Shown here: in pieces, positions 13,922 through 26,934 of the stretch | Numbering within the stretch: the first letter of the stretch is position 1 | How the letters are laid out: every line of letters starts with the position of its first letter | Source: Octopus sinensis | Taxonomy: Eukaryota | Length of the DNA: 64,000 bases | Direction of reading: 5' to 3' | Assembly: GCF_006345805.1 (NCBI RefSeq) | Contig: NC_043002.1 | Location: 42,160,001-42,224,000, forward strand | The notes under the pieces: generated by a model | What the model saw: only the letters and a program-made list of their open reading frames with translations | Told to the model about the DNA's origin: nothing | Databases searched by the model: none | Translations under genes and position numbers: made by a program

Positions 13922-14499
13922 CATCTATATAACTCTGTTATCTATCTCTGGATACGTATACATACACACATAGGGAAGGAGAGAGAGCTAGCCAGACTGA
14001 TTAATAGACAGACCGATGGAAAAATCTATTTCGTCTTCTAAATGGACAGTCTTTAAGTAACCGATGCTAAAAATAGAATGTCCTCCATTGATTTAAGAAA
14101 CGATATATGCCTTCAGACGATAAGAACATTAAGCAATGGTAATTAATTGATTTCTTACATAAGAAACTTAATCCCTCAGATTTGTTCAGCAGTGGTAATT
14201 AAAAATAGTATTCTATACTGATAATTAGCTAGCAACGTACTTTAATATACATGCATTTCTTTACCTGAGTAGAAGGTTCTTGTTTGAGTGTAGACTCCAA
14301 TTATTTATCGGTATATAACTTAACTCATCGAGCACTTTAGAAACCCCAACAACCTCCAAAAGGCAATGGTTTGTAACTGACACAAAACATCGATCAACTC
14401 GTCACCAACTTCCTGCTATAAAGTTTGTATTAAACTCTCACTAATCCTTTTAACACCGTTCCACATGAAGAGGCGAGTTAAATCCTCCACATGAAGAAA

Positions 14500-14536
<37 letters not shown>

Positions 14537-14542
<6 letters not shown>

Positions 14543-14732
14543 TTTGATCACTTTGACCGACCAGTCCGTCAGGCGTCCATTTGGCACCGCTGGTCACAGC
14601 ACGCTGTCCACTCCTCTCTGGATCGCGCATTTCTCATCCACGTGATCCCAATCGTCCTCTTGAAATCGTCACTCCACCGTCGTGGAGGTCTTCCGGGTGA
14701 TCTTTTCCGCTCACGCGGGTACCACTCGCCAT
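14537..14732 (-). mobile_element. RTE-clade LINE 3' end (5'-truncated)
   Basis: EWYPRERKRSPGRPPRRWSDDFKRTIGITWMRNARSREEW..C followed by a stop, then a short tandem tail (CAAAGTGAT)x2 and (AT)n. Confidence 0.85.
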
Positions 14733-15424
14733 ATATATGCATATATATACATACAATATATACCCGGTTATTAACTGACGTATGTTGTTCAAATTGTACA
14801 TGCTGAGAAAATAACTCTTCCTCTATACAAAGGTACAACTCACTATAGGCTTCATCACAAGCGATGTATTTGTACCGTTGTTGAACCAAAAACTCGAATC
14901 TTCTTTAAAATACCCAGTTTCATCTCCTCTGTGTCATCTATTCCCTGTCTTTGAAGACGTAGAACCGAAACCGAGGGTGCTGATTATGGGCTGTGCACTT
15001 ATTTTATGGACTTCAAAAGGATAAAAGGTAAAGTCGACCTCGGCAGCATCTGAACTCAGAACGTAAGGACAGACGAAATGCTGCCAAATATTTTGCCTGT
15101 CAGATCGCCGCCTTATTATTATTTGAAATATTGCCAAATAATTGGGCCTGGAATGAGTCTCAACGTCTAACCCAACGTACATCTCTATGACACTTAATAG
15201 GTTACCAACTCATAGCAACGTGTGTGCCAGCACACAGTGTTATACGTTGCTGCAACTCTTTCGTTTTATAATTAGGTGTATGGAGTTTCTCTAGTTAACT
15301 CGTGTAAAATCTAGTTTATTAAAGCTGCTGTAACCAGTAAGAGAATAACCAGTAGGTAATTATTTTACTTTTTAGTCGGAACAGTAAGTAATAGTTTATT
15401 TTCTACATTAAATTGTATATATAA

Positions 15425-15842
15425 GACTCTTTTTGAAGGTATACATTTGTCGAACCCAAAAGGATGAGAGGCAAAGTTGATCTCGGTGGAGTTTGAACTT
15501 TAAGAACATTAAGAGCCGTACGATATACTGCTAGGCCTTTTTCCCGGCACGCTAACGAATTAACCCCTACCCACCGAACTTGCTGGGCTTGTGCCAAAAT
15601 TTCGAATCAATATTTCAAATAGTGAAGTCGGGCAAGCTGGTAGAATCGTTAGCACGCCGGGTAAAATGCTAAATGGCATTTCGTCCACTTTTACGTTCTG
15701 ATTCCAAATTCTGCCGAACCCTTTATCTTTTATCCTTTCGGGGTCGATAAATTAAATACCAGTTGAGTACTGGGATCGATGTAATCGACTTACCCACTCA
15801 CCCGAAATTGCAGGCCTTGTGCCAAAATTTGAGACCAAGATT
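15425..15842. mobile_element. SINE family A: minus copy (~15425-15570) next to a plus copy (~15627-15842)
   Basis: The family A core is present in both orientations. Confidence 0.8.
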
Positions 15843-17373
15843 TCAAATAATAGCAGAGAAAGTGATTCATTTGCAAAGCGCTGAACTAATTAAAAACCGA
15901 GTAATCTAAAGAGCCGAAATAAAACAACCCTCGGAAGGATTAAGTCGTATTGGCTGTAGCGTAGCTAGGGTGTATGCCGCTCAGGGCAGCCCTTGAATTT
16001 TCTGCCCACAATACAGGCTTACACAATAAACCGAAAAGTGCTGTCTCCATCGCCAAAATCTCTAGCTACCAAGGATTGGAGCATTTTTATAAAAGTATAG
16101 AAACATCCAAACTTGCTGTCACTGGCTCCGAGACTGGTACTTTAGTATTCAGTCATGGTGACGTCTGTCACAAGAAAGAAAATTTACGTCCGATATATGA
16201 TATGCACAAATCAGCATATTCAAATTCCAGTTAGTCAAATGTGTTTCCAATGTAATAAATATATATCCTTGAAAACGTTTCATTGCGATGTTCGAAATAC
16301 ATTATATGTAATATAACATATCAACTGGGATTATAAAAAGGATATTTTAACGATGGGAAAATATCGGTGTCAGGCTATCATTTACCCGATACTGGCGAAT
16401 GTAAGTGAAAGTCAAAACGGATAATGATAAAGAGGGTGGTGATGATGACAACGATGTTGACGACGATGTTGATGGACGAAGTCGGTGACGACGATAATAA
16501 CGATGGTGGTAGTGGTGGTGGCGCTGGTGGTGTGGCTGAAAAACATGTCAGTTGCTGTTCTAATTTAGCACGAGATCCGCTAAACGGTTCTGATCATGAC
16601 CGTCTCAGTAGTGTTTCTTTTCTTTTTAGATAAGGTGTACCTAAGACTATATTATCAAAAGTGTCTTTCTTTTTTTAAAGCCGGTAGCCTGTATTTAACA
16701 GAGACTTGGTTGCTATTTCTACCAGGCCAAAAGACGACGTAGAGGCTTCCTCCTTAGCTGGAATAAATGCTAGTGACAAATTTACGAAGCTCAAGTAGTC
16801 TTCAGACCCTAGACCCAAAATCATACCCATGAGAAATAATATCCATCCTCTCACGCCCATACCATTAAAGATTTAGTCGTTTCACTCACGTGGAACTTGC
16901 CACTTTCACCCTTATTTTATAGGATTTACCTGACGATCAGATTCTCTCTTCGCCGTTATCTACCGCTTCAAGTGGCATTTCAAGTGGGAGATGAAGTACC
17001 TGGTTTCACTTCTTTACAATCTCCTTCAACAGACGACATCTTTCACTGCAGCCACAGAGACGAGCAAAATCAGGAGCCATAAAAATATTTATTGAATCAC
17101 AAGTCCGATTGATTTCTCTCAGTATATCTTTTAGTCTTCTTATCAGTTTCACTCCTCTCCTTTGATGCAAGCATGCACGCACATACACGAACAAACATGA
17201 ACGCAAATGCACAATATCATATAGGCTGTCATCGAATGTCTACATTTCACCTCTAGTTGGTTGCCTCTTAGGACGGGCTCACTCCCTAGTAGAAGGTCGA
17301 GATCATGTATTCTTACATACACTGTGACCAGCGATGTACAACAAAGTCCAATAGACTGGTTGATACAGTGATA

Positions 17374-17426
<53 letters not shown>

Positions 17427-17448
17427 TCATACACACACACACACATAT

Positions 17449-17520
<72 letters not shown>

Positions 17521-17670
17521 ATGTGTTATGAATCAATGCACTATAGTAACAACAATGGACTATAATAACTGTTATAATTTGATCATCGATAGTCTGATAT
17601 AATATTTCGGAATATATAAATTCTTTCTTCAGATATTCCTATATACAATGCTTCAAGCGAACCTACAATA

Positions 17671-17727
<57 letters not shown>

Positions 17728-18008
17728 AAAGGGTGAAATCAATGTTAATTTTACCAGGTGGTCAGTGCAGAAATAAAAACTTCATAGGTAAATTTTACAA
17801 AATATTTTATAATTATATGCATAATTATAAGAAAGAATCAACTTTATGCCTCACCACGCACTGCAAGAAATAGACACTAAAGCCCCTATTACCACCATAA
17901 AATCTCCGAGAATAACACACTATATTGTAGGCGAGCAAAAGAAAAATAATGAATCAACAAGGTTCGGTTAACTGCATAAAAGGTAGTGTTTCAAGCTTAA
18001 AATAAGAA

Positions 18009-18191
18009 AGGCGTAGCTGTGTGGTAAGAAGCTAGCTTCCAATCCACATGGTTCCGGGTTCAGTCCTACTGCCTAGTACCTTGGGCAAGTATCTTCTATT
18101 ATAGCCTCGGGCCGACCACAGCCTTATGAGTGTATTTGGTAGATGGATACATACATACATACACACATACATACATACATACATACATACA

Positions 18192-18227
<36 letters not shown>

Positions 18228-18478
18228 TATATGTATACGTGCGCATGTGTGTGTGTACGTGTGTCTGTGTGTGTGTGTGTGTTTGTCCTCCCACCCACCA
18301 ATGCTTGACAACCGATGTTGGTGTGTCTACGTCCCCATAACTTAGCGGTTCAGCAAGAGACCGAGAGACAAGGTACAAGGCTTACAAAGACTAAGCCCTG
18401 GGGTCGATTTGTTGGACTAAAGGCAGTGCTCCGGAATTGTCGCAGTCAAATGACTGAAAGAAGTAAAAGAATAAAAGA
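18009..18478 (+). mobile_element. SINE family B, full length
   Basis: GGCGTAGCTGTGTGGTAAGAAGC..GGTTCCGGGTTCAGTCC..ACCTTGGGCAAGT head/CORE, internal microsatellite, tail ..CAGTCAAATGACTGAAAGAAGTAAAAGA. Confidence 0.9.
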
Positions 18479-18639
18479 ATATATATATATATATATATAC
18501 AGCGGTAAAAGAGAAACCAATAGCATAAGTACCAGACTTAAATAGTTCTGAGGGCGATTTATTCGGCTAAACCCTTCAAAGCGGCTGCATATATATATTC
18601 TTTGGTAGTCTCTCGAGACTAAGAAAGCCGATTATGGGA

Positions 18640-19180
18640 TAGGACGTTCATGTGACTTCTTAAGCCGGCGTTAGACGAACAGTTACGGTTGCAGGTCGGG
18701 TTGGGAACAAAGCTTATTAGGATAGGAGCGAACGCCTTTCTGCGTCTCTGATAAATTGCTTTGTGGCACCGTATACGCCACTTGGTTTGGAAGTTGTCTA
18801 ACAGTGAATATCATATTCATGATGCCGGAATCCGCACTGTGATTCAGAGAAACATTTTTTCGGATACTGTTGCTTATAAATCTATTAAGGATAATGCGAG
18901 CTAGAATTTTGCAGGCAATGGAGAGTAGAGAGAGATATCTCGATCGTTCCCACAGTCGGTTTGTGAACCCTATAGAGGGTAACTATTCCAGCATCCCGGA
19001 GGTTGGGTGGTATTTCTTCCACTTTTCAGATACTGACAGGATGTTCTGTAATACTTCGAGCGACTTCTGGTCGAGGGCTTTGTACAGCACTATAGGAATG
19101 CCATCCTTGTCGGGTACTTTATCAAAGCTTACCTTCCTTATGGCAGAGCAAGATATGAAGGTTGTCCCTCATATAAAAGT
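18640..19180 (-). mobile_element. RTE (BovB-like) LINE fragment with a large internal deletion
   Basis: DKVPDKDGIPIVLYK..IPPNLRDAGIVTLY..ISLLSIACKILARIILNRF..MNMIFTVRQL (RT N-terminal part) joined to the C-terminal zinc-finger-like CNRNCSSNAGLRSHMNV. Confidence 0.8.
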
Positions 19181-19199
19181 GAATATAATTTCTTTTTAA

Positions 19200-20320
19200 C
19201 TGATATAGCTCGTTCGATATAGGATACACATTATCATGGTAATTGTAAATTATTTTCAGTTTCTCGTTCGGTTTCGTCTTCCTAATGGCTTCGCCAAGTT
19301 TTTTTAGTGTCTCAATATATTGCTTGCTGGTCATGTTTTAGCCACATTCCAGGAAATCAAGGAGAATAATGCCATTATTATCCCCAAAATTGTTGGCGGA
19401 TATTTTGTGCGATTGCAGACTCTTGGACTTATTAAACCTTGGAGATGTGACACCATTCCATCAATCCGCTTCCAAATCATAAAGATATGCCCATGTTTCA
19501 TCACTTGTCATCAAATCAGGATGGCTTGAAACGATTCCAATAGAAAAGAGCTGACTTCCACCCTTCTCACTTTCAAATCGGGTGGTAGCTGAGGAGGGAC
19601 CCAATTTATACACACTTCCTAATATCCAAAGTCTCTCACAACCTTCTGCATTGTATTGTGACCACAGTTCAATTGTACAACAAGTTCATGGGTAGCGACT
19701 CGTCTAAACGCACGAATCAATTAATCTACTCTGATGATTCATGTCAGTTCTCGCAGCTGATATGTTTCTTTATTACCCACAAGGGGCTAAACATAGAGGG
19801 GACAAACAAGGACAGACAAACGGATTAAGTCGATTGCATCGACCCCAGTGCGTAACTGGTACTTAATTTATCGACCCCGAAAGGATGAAAGGCAAAGTCG
19901 ACCTCGGCGGAATTTGAACTCAGAACGTAACGGCAGACGAAATACGGCTACGCATTTCACCAGGCGTGCTAACGGTTCTGCCAGCTCGCCGCCTTAATCT
20001 ACCGCTGATAATCTACCACTGCATGGTTTGTCTTCAATGCTGGTTTCCCCTTCTTCAAATTTTATCCATCTGTTCAAACTGCTTTTGTCAGTGGTGTCAT
20101 CTTCAGAAACAACCTGCAACCTTCTGTGGATGTCGGACAGCGTGCATCTCTCCTTTGTTAAGAACTCAATGACGGCACAATGCTTCGGCTTGGAATTCAT
20201 TATTTGCTTGGTATGAAAAAGAACAGAAGTAAGACTTATTCTAATAATGTGTAATTTGAATGATCGTTGTGAGTTAATAACAGGTTATGCCCATTTTTTA
20301 ATAAATTCGGGACTACCTGG
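19200..20320 (-). mobile_element. Mariner (Mos1-like) transposase relic, interrupted by a SINE and truncated by an RTE fragment
   Basis: ORF 19994..20200 HCAVIEFLTKERCTLSDIHRRLQVV..RWIKFEEGETSIEDKPCSGR (N-terminal HTH). Then WVPPQL, MTSDETWAYLYD, GIILLDFLE, YIETLKKLGEAIRK..YHDNVYP (first and second catalytic D). Confidence 0.9.
19765..19993 (-). mobile_element. SINE family A, full length, inserted in the mariner relic
   Basis: Complete head, core and 3' tail ..TTAATCCGTTTGTCTGTCCTTGTTTGTCCCCTCTATGTTTAGCCCCTTGTGGGTAATAAAGAAA. Confidence 0.92.
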
Positions 20321-21079
20321 AATATCAGACATCTTTAACATCAATCTAGCCATGGTCGAGAACATCTATGAGTAATGATGTCCTATCAATGATTGTCCTA
20401 TTTCTGCTTTTTTTCAGAACCCCTTGGAACCCTCTTTAAGACCGTTAGGCGTGATTAAAGGTAAATTTGATTGCCATATCTAGCAAAGTCGTGTGACCAC
20501 GTGGAAGCTTTCTCGTTCACTTGTCTAGGTTTATTGTGTCTTTAAATTGGTAAATTGACGTTTCGTATATATTCGAGCAGCTACAGAACTATTAAATTTA
20601 AATTTAAATTTTCAAAGCGTATTTGTCTAAAGTGTGATACAAGAGCATGTACTCTCTCTTTTTTTCTATCACCTCTTTCTCTTTCACTACCTCCCCTTCT
20701 CTTTTCTGTTTCTCATTTTCATTCGTTTCTCTTTCCTTTTATCTGTTTTTCTATTTTTGTCAAAGTTTAAATGCATCGTCTCCATCGTTTATTTATTAAA
20801 TTACGTCGTTATAAACAAATAAACAGAAGAACATTTTTTTTCAATTAATATAGTTGAAATATGCTGTTTTTATTAGAAACATTGGAATGTTCTATTTAGG
20901 CGATTGTTTAAAAGTCGTCAGAGTGAGAGAGAAAGAAAGAGGAGAGGAGAGAAGGAGAGAGAGAGAGAGAATTATTGTTATTGAGTTTTAGTAGACAGGA
21001 ACCAAAAAGAAAGGAACAAAATAGATATTGGCTTCTAATGTGTAAGTGTAATCAGTGCACACACACGCGCACACACATG

Positions 21080-21113
<34 letters not shown>

Positions 21114-21162
21114 ATCATTGTACATGTTTCTATGTGTGTATGTATGTATACGTACACATCTG

Positions 21163-21195
<33 letters not shown>

Positions 21196-22013
21196 ATGTG
21201 TGTGTGTGTATGTGTGTATACACATATATGTATATGTGTGTGTATATACATGTAAATATATATATGTATATATATATATATATATACATGTAAATATATA
21301 TATGTTTATATACAGACAAACACATTGTATGTATGTATGTATGTATGTATGTATGATGTATGTATGTATGTATGTATGTATGTATGTATCTGTGTATCAT
21401 ACTTGAATTATATACATTGTTGAAAACCTGATATACTGCGGTATTCATTTCGAGATAGCATCTCTTATAGACGTGGAAGCTGCCGGAATATAGACAAGTG
21501 GACAGGAAAATCGAACAAAGACAATTGGAAGGTACTGATTCAATAGACGCAGACATCATAGACTGTGTTTAAAGAAAGACAACTTGATTATTTGACATAA
21601 ATTTACCCAATAAGAACACCACTTCTAATTTCTGGTTCGTAGACATTTTGTCTCCTCTCTTCAGCTTTATTACCGGTTCTATAGTGGTTTCTATACTTCC
21701 GAGTTAGCTGGCCTTACGCTACCGTCGATCAAATTCTCCCGGCTCTCTCGTGTCTACCCCTCTCATCAATTATGAAAAATCCATTGAACCCTTTCTGTCC
21801 AAAACGGTGACTCTAAAATTTTCCTATAAAATCTTTCTGTATATGTGTGCACGCGCGCGTTGACCTGTAATTTTGTGAGTCTTTGAGATATCTCTACATG
21901 CTCCATCTGTATGTAGTGACATTGAACTCTATGTAATCGGCTTACTTCCTCCATGAACTTGTGCCAAAATTTGAAATCATTATTATCATTATTGTTGTTT
22001 TTGTTATTGCTAA

Positions 22014-22781
22014 GGCGGCGAACTGGCAGAATCGTTACAGTGTCGGACAAAATGATTTAGCGAGATTTCTACCCGGTATTTCTTCCGAGTTCAAACTCCA
22101 CCGAAGTCAGCTTTGCCTCTCATCTCCCCGGGATCGATAAAACAAAGTACCAGCCAAGTTCTGGGGCCGATGTAAATGGCTTCTCCTTCTCTTAAAAATT
22201 GCTGCGCTTGTGCCCAAATTAGAAAGAATTAAAAGCAGTGAGCTGACAGAAGAATCGTCAGCATGCCGGACAAAATGCTTAGTGGCAGTTCTTCCATCTT
22301 TACGTTCTGAGTTCGAATTCCACCGAGGTCGACTTTGCTTTTCATCCTTCCATGGCCGATAAAATAAGTGCAAGTTGAGAAGTTGGGTCGATGTAATCAA
22401 CTAGGACCTTCCTACCACCTACAAGACTGCTCGCCTTGTGCCAAAATTTAATATCATAACTATTATTATGGTATTTCATCCTTTCGGGGGTTAATAAATT
22501 AAGTACCAGTTACACACTGGAGTCGATGTAATCGATCGACTATACCTCCTCCCACCAAATTTCAAGCCTTGAGCCTATAGTAGAAAGGATTATTACGACA
22601 GAATCGTTAGCACGCCGGTTGAAATGTTTCGTAGCATTTCGTCGTGCGTCTGTACGTTCTGAGTTCAAATGCCGCCGAGGTCTACTTTGCCTTTCATCCT
22701 TTCGGGGTCGATGAAATAAGTACCAGTTACGCACTGATTTCCCCGAATTTCAGGTCTTGTGCCTTTAGTCGAAAGGATTAT
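22014..22781 (+). mobile_element. Head-to-tail array of four SINE family A copies
   Basis: Cores at ~22110, ~22330, ~22475 and ~22690, each followed by a CTTGTGCC-type tail. Confidence 0.88.
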
Positions 22782-23321
22782 GTGGAGCTGATGTTTGTTA
22801 ATGTGAGAATCACTAGTTTAATGTATAAACTACCATTCAATTGCAGTTGGTAGCTATGGATTAATTATTCTATATCGTTTTTGGATTTGTTTTGCAAGAT
22901 TCTTTATGTGAGTTCGTGTGTTGAAGCATATTCTGTTGTATCTGGGGAGAGTCATTTTCTTTTTGTGCCTCATAATTTAACACACTCACCAGTAAAATTT
23001 CCACTTATTTCTTATTTTTATTTTCCTAAAATTTTCGTTGCGTCTTGCAACCTTTTCAATAGTCTTGACTATTTTAGGAAAATAAAAATAAGAAATATGT
23101 GGAAATTTTACCGGTGAGTGTGTTAAATTATAAGGCACAAAAAGAAAATGACTCTCCCAAGATACAACAGATTTATTATTAATTTTACACTTACCGAGAG
23201 CACCTCAGCATTTGATATTTATCGTTGTTCAAATTTGCTCTCTTTTTCATTTTGAGAGAAAGCAGCTTAGCTTATTTTAGTGGCATATCCAGGTGTTTGT
23301 TTTTATCGAGTAATTATCTTT

Positions 23322-23530
23322 TACTTATTTCAGTCATGCTGGGGCATCGCCTTGAATGATTCTTAGCCGGATTAAGCGAACCCAATACTTTTTCTTTTTG
23401 TAAACCTAGTACATATTCTATCGTTTACCTTTGCCGAACCGCAGGTTATCGGGATGTAAACACACCAACACCGGTTGTCAAGCGGTACTGGGAGACAAAC
23501 ACAGACACAAAGACACACACACATACACAT

Positions 23531-23573
<43 letters not shown>

Positions 23574-23738
23574 CGACAGGCTTCTTTCAATTTCTGTCTG
23601 CCAAATCCACTCACAAGACTTTAGTCGGCCCGAGATTATAGTAGAAAACAGCTTCCCAAGGTGCCACGCAGTGGGACTGAACTCGGAACCATGTGGTTAG
23701 GAAGCAACCTTCTTACTACACAGTCACGCCTGCGCCTA
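23322..23738 (-). mobile_element. SINE family B, full length, internal (GA)n
   Basis: Same modules in reverse orientation. Confidence 0.88.
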
Positions 23739-24977
23739 TGGTATGGTAAGTTTAAAAAATTTTTTTTTATTCAATTATCTTTTTATTACTTTCGTTTTAT
23801 TTCGGCCATTCTCGATCATTCTTAATTGTAAAGAGTGACAACTGCAGCAGGACAAGTACATCAGCACATTCAATGTTTATAAATTAAGGCCTTTTACTTT
23901 TATTCTGTGTGTTCGTCAGCTATATTGACCGACAGCCGATAACATTACCTCTGTAGATTTTCTTTTGACTCTCGCTGTAAACACTGTACCCCATTCAGTA
24001 TCTGACTATAAAATAAGGTAAAGACTGGGTTTTTTTAATGTTTTTTCCACTTCCCATTTGATTATATCTGATTGCGAGCAGCAGTCACGCACGTGCTTTA
24101 ATGGTAGCAGTAACGCATAGTCGGGTTCTTGGTAGTGTTATTGTTGTTGTTGTTGTTACAGCTGCTACTGCTGTGATCCGTGCTCTTACTGCTTCTGTAC
24201 TGAGGTTGTTACCAGCTGGGACATTGTTGCTGTACTGTTGTTTATATATTTTCTTGAACACTAGGATATGAGAGAACTAGTGATGATTTATACAATTGTC
24301 CGAACTCGCTTCTGTTATTTAGGAAGTACGCCCCACCACCGACACAGCCTACTTCTTATCTATAAAAACTGCTCGCTGCCATAGTTACTTAGGGCTGAAA
24401 TGTGTGTAGCTGAGACTATTATGTGTAGCTGATCGATCTACCTTTCTTAGTCTTTTGGACAGAACGAGTATAGACCCAGTTAGATCCAAAATGGCCACTA
24501 CATATTTCTTAATTGACTCAAATTCTCGTAAAAATTTGATATTCTTATAACCAGCGTCATCGTCAACAGTGATACATGACTAATTTAAATATAAGGGCAA
24601 AATTAGCAAACAATGATATATAATATATAACTACAATGTAGTTATTTCTATAACTAGTTATAGTTATTTCTATATATATATATTCTTTTATACGTTACAG
24701 CCCTAAGGTAGTAGTCATGGTGAGCACCGCCAGTGTATAATCACCTTTTCAAAGACCAATTTTACGTGATTAGCATTTGGTGAAGGAGGGCGTTCCGCAC
24801 GTACACACATGTATGTATGTATGTTTGTATGTTTGTATGTATGTATGTATGTATGTATGTATGTATGTATGTATGTATGTATGTATGTATGTATGTATGA
24901 ATGCATGCATGCATGTATGTATGTTTGTATATCAAAGCCTTCTGATTAGATTTGGTAGACGGAAACCGAAAGAAGCT

Positions 24978-25045
<68 letters not shown>

Positions 25046-25183
25046 TGTATGTTTGTATGCATGTAAGTATGTATGTATGTATGCATGTGTGTATGTATAT
25101 GTGTGTATGTATGAATGCATTTATGTACGAATGTATATATGCATGTATGTTTATATGTATATATATATGTATGTATGTATGTA

Positions 25184-26035
25184 CAGGATGCGACGGGTAA
25201 ATGGTCGCCATTTTAGATATTTAATTTCGCACATGCGTATTGTTTTTGATTTTGTCGACTATATAGTATAGGAGGGTCAGTCGGGCACTGTCTGTAAGAA
25301 AAACAACACCATGACGCAATTTACTCTGTCAGAAATTTGGAAACGACATGTCGTACTGCATGGCACTCGCGCTGAAAGCTCCAATACAAAAGTTCAGAGT
25401 ATTTCGGTGTCTATCAGAGGACAGTGCAGTCTGAGGACATGAACCAAGAGTGATAAAAATCAAAAATCCAGCCAACATCATGGTGTTTGGAGTGATCACT
25501 AGTGATGGCGACGTTATGCCTCCATTCATCTTCTCTCACGGAGGACTGCCTCAAGTACCTGGAGGAGGTAGTGCTGCTCTGAGTCAAGAGGCTGACTGTT
25601 GGAAGACGTTTTGTTAGGCAACAGGACTGTGCACCATGCCACACAAGCAGGAGAACCCAGTCAAGGCTGTCAGACAATTTCTGCGACTACATCACACCTA
25701 ATATCTGACCACCTAACTCCCCAGACTGCAACCCCTTTGATTATTATCGGCGGGGAACAATTGCGCGAGAGACTAACAGAACTCCATGTAACACAAAAGA
25801 TGAACCGAAGACAAGAAAACCAACTTAAACAAGGAGACCGTCCAAAAGAGTTGCAGGAGGATCCGAAGTCGTCTTCAGGCCGTGGTTGAAGCCAATGGTG
25901 ATTTTATTTAATAAAGTCATTCTTTAGTATTTCAAGATAATTTTATGTAATTTTTCTAAATATATCTATTAAAATGCGATGTCAGTGTTATTTGCATTTT
26001 TGCATTATTTAGATGGCAGTTCATTCACCGCTCCC

Positions 26036-26037
<2 letters not shown>
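25184..26037 (+). mobile_element. maT-type (DD37D) Tc1/mariner relic
   Basis: KNPANIMVFGVITSDGDVMPPFIF..YLEEVV..RQQDCAPCHTSRRTQ..PPNSPDCNPFDYY..RSRLQAVVEANGDFI. 37 residues lie between the second and third D. Degenerate TA-CAGG...CCTG termini. Confidence 0.85.
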
Positions 26038-26098
<61 letters not shown>

Positions 26099-26264
26099 AT
26101 GTATGTATGTATGTATGTATGTATATGTATGTGTGTGTGTGTGTGCGCGTGTTTGTGTGTGTGTGTGTAGTTTCCGCCAAAATTGACTCAGGCCATGCGT
26201 AACTTAATGGCACCGCCTGGAAAAGACATTTCATGTGATTTCATATTGCAGTCATTATTTTGGC

Positions 26265-26372
26265 ATCACGCAAGGAAAGAGTTATTGTTTGCAGAGATAT
26301 ATCCGGGTGTAGATGGTTTATCCAAAATTTGTAGATGCTTGCTCAGTACCCGTTCGAATGTTATGAGATCTT
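26265..26372 (-). mobile_element. CR1-like LINE 3' end fragment
   Basis: Similar to the 3' end of the copy at 26935-27070 (..TTCGAACG..GATA.ACCA.CT..CCGGATA..AACAA.AACTC). Confidence 0.6.
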
Positions 26373-26477
26373 TTCTGTGTCTTAGCACAATGTGTGTGTG
26401 CGTGCGTGTGTGTGTATGCGTGTATATATGTGTGTGTATGTCTATCTTATATCTATCTATATATCTATCTAGTTGAA

Positions 26478-26660
26478 ATTTACATAAAAACTAAAGACGA
26501 AGGCAGGTGTATAAACAACAAGCAGGTGTATTAGCTTGACGCTCGGGAAGGCGAGAAAGTCTTTTACGTTTCGAGCCTACGTTCTTCAAGAGAAAGGAAC
26601 ACAAGGAAATGAACAGAGAGAGAATAATAAAGCTTGTGGAGTTAGCGGTCAATCATGGCA
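26478..26660 (-). mobile_element. Short interspersed repeat, Penelope pLTR-like, inverted relative to 27835-28135
   Basis: Reverse complement contains GAAGAACGTAGGCTCGAAACGTAAAAGACTTTCTC and AATACACCTGCTTGTTGTTTATACACCTGCCTTCGTC, matching the copies at 27835-28135. Confidence 0.55.
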
Positions 26661-26662
26661 AT

Positions 26663-26706
<44 letters not shown>

Positions 26707-26934
26707 TAGAACCTCACAGTTCTAGTGCACCATTGTACCAGTAATTTGCTGTACGAGCCGAAACTCAAGCGAATCTTTGTCTTAAAGTAAGAGCGGAAAT
26801 CCACACAAATCATCTCATCTTTAAGGTAATTCGGTTAATAAAGCCAGTTTATATATTTCTTTTGCATTCTCTTTTTTATAACACCACCCGATAGCACCAC
26901 CTGATAGAATCTGTTAAGTCATTTTAAAGTTAAG

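Noticed and set aside
16000-16156. Minus-strand MTEY*STSLGA resembling the Ras N-terminus MTEYKLVVVGA
   Set aside because: Stop at codon 5, no GxGKS P-loop and no downstream similarity; most likely chance.
15955-16234. 86-aa plus-strand ORF with a WD40-like LAVTGSETGTL
   Set aside because: Only a short motif, no repeat context or splice support; its start overlaps a GTAGCGTAGCTAGGG sequence resembling a DNA-transposon terminus.
26183-26476. 97-aa plus-strand ORF
   Set aside because: Antisense to a CR1-like 3' end and runs into a microsatellite.
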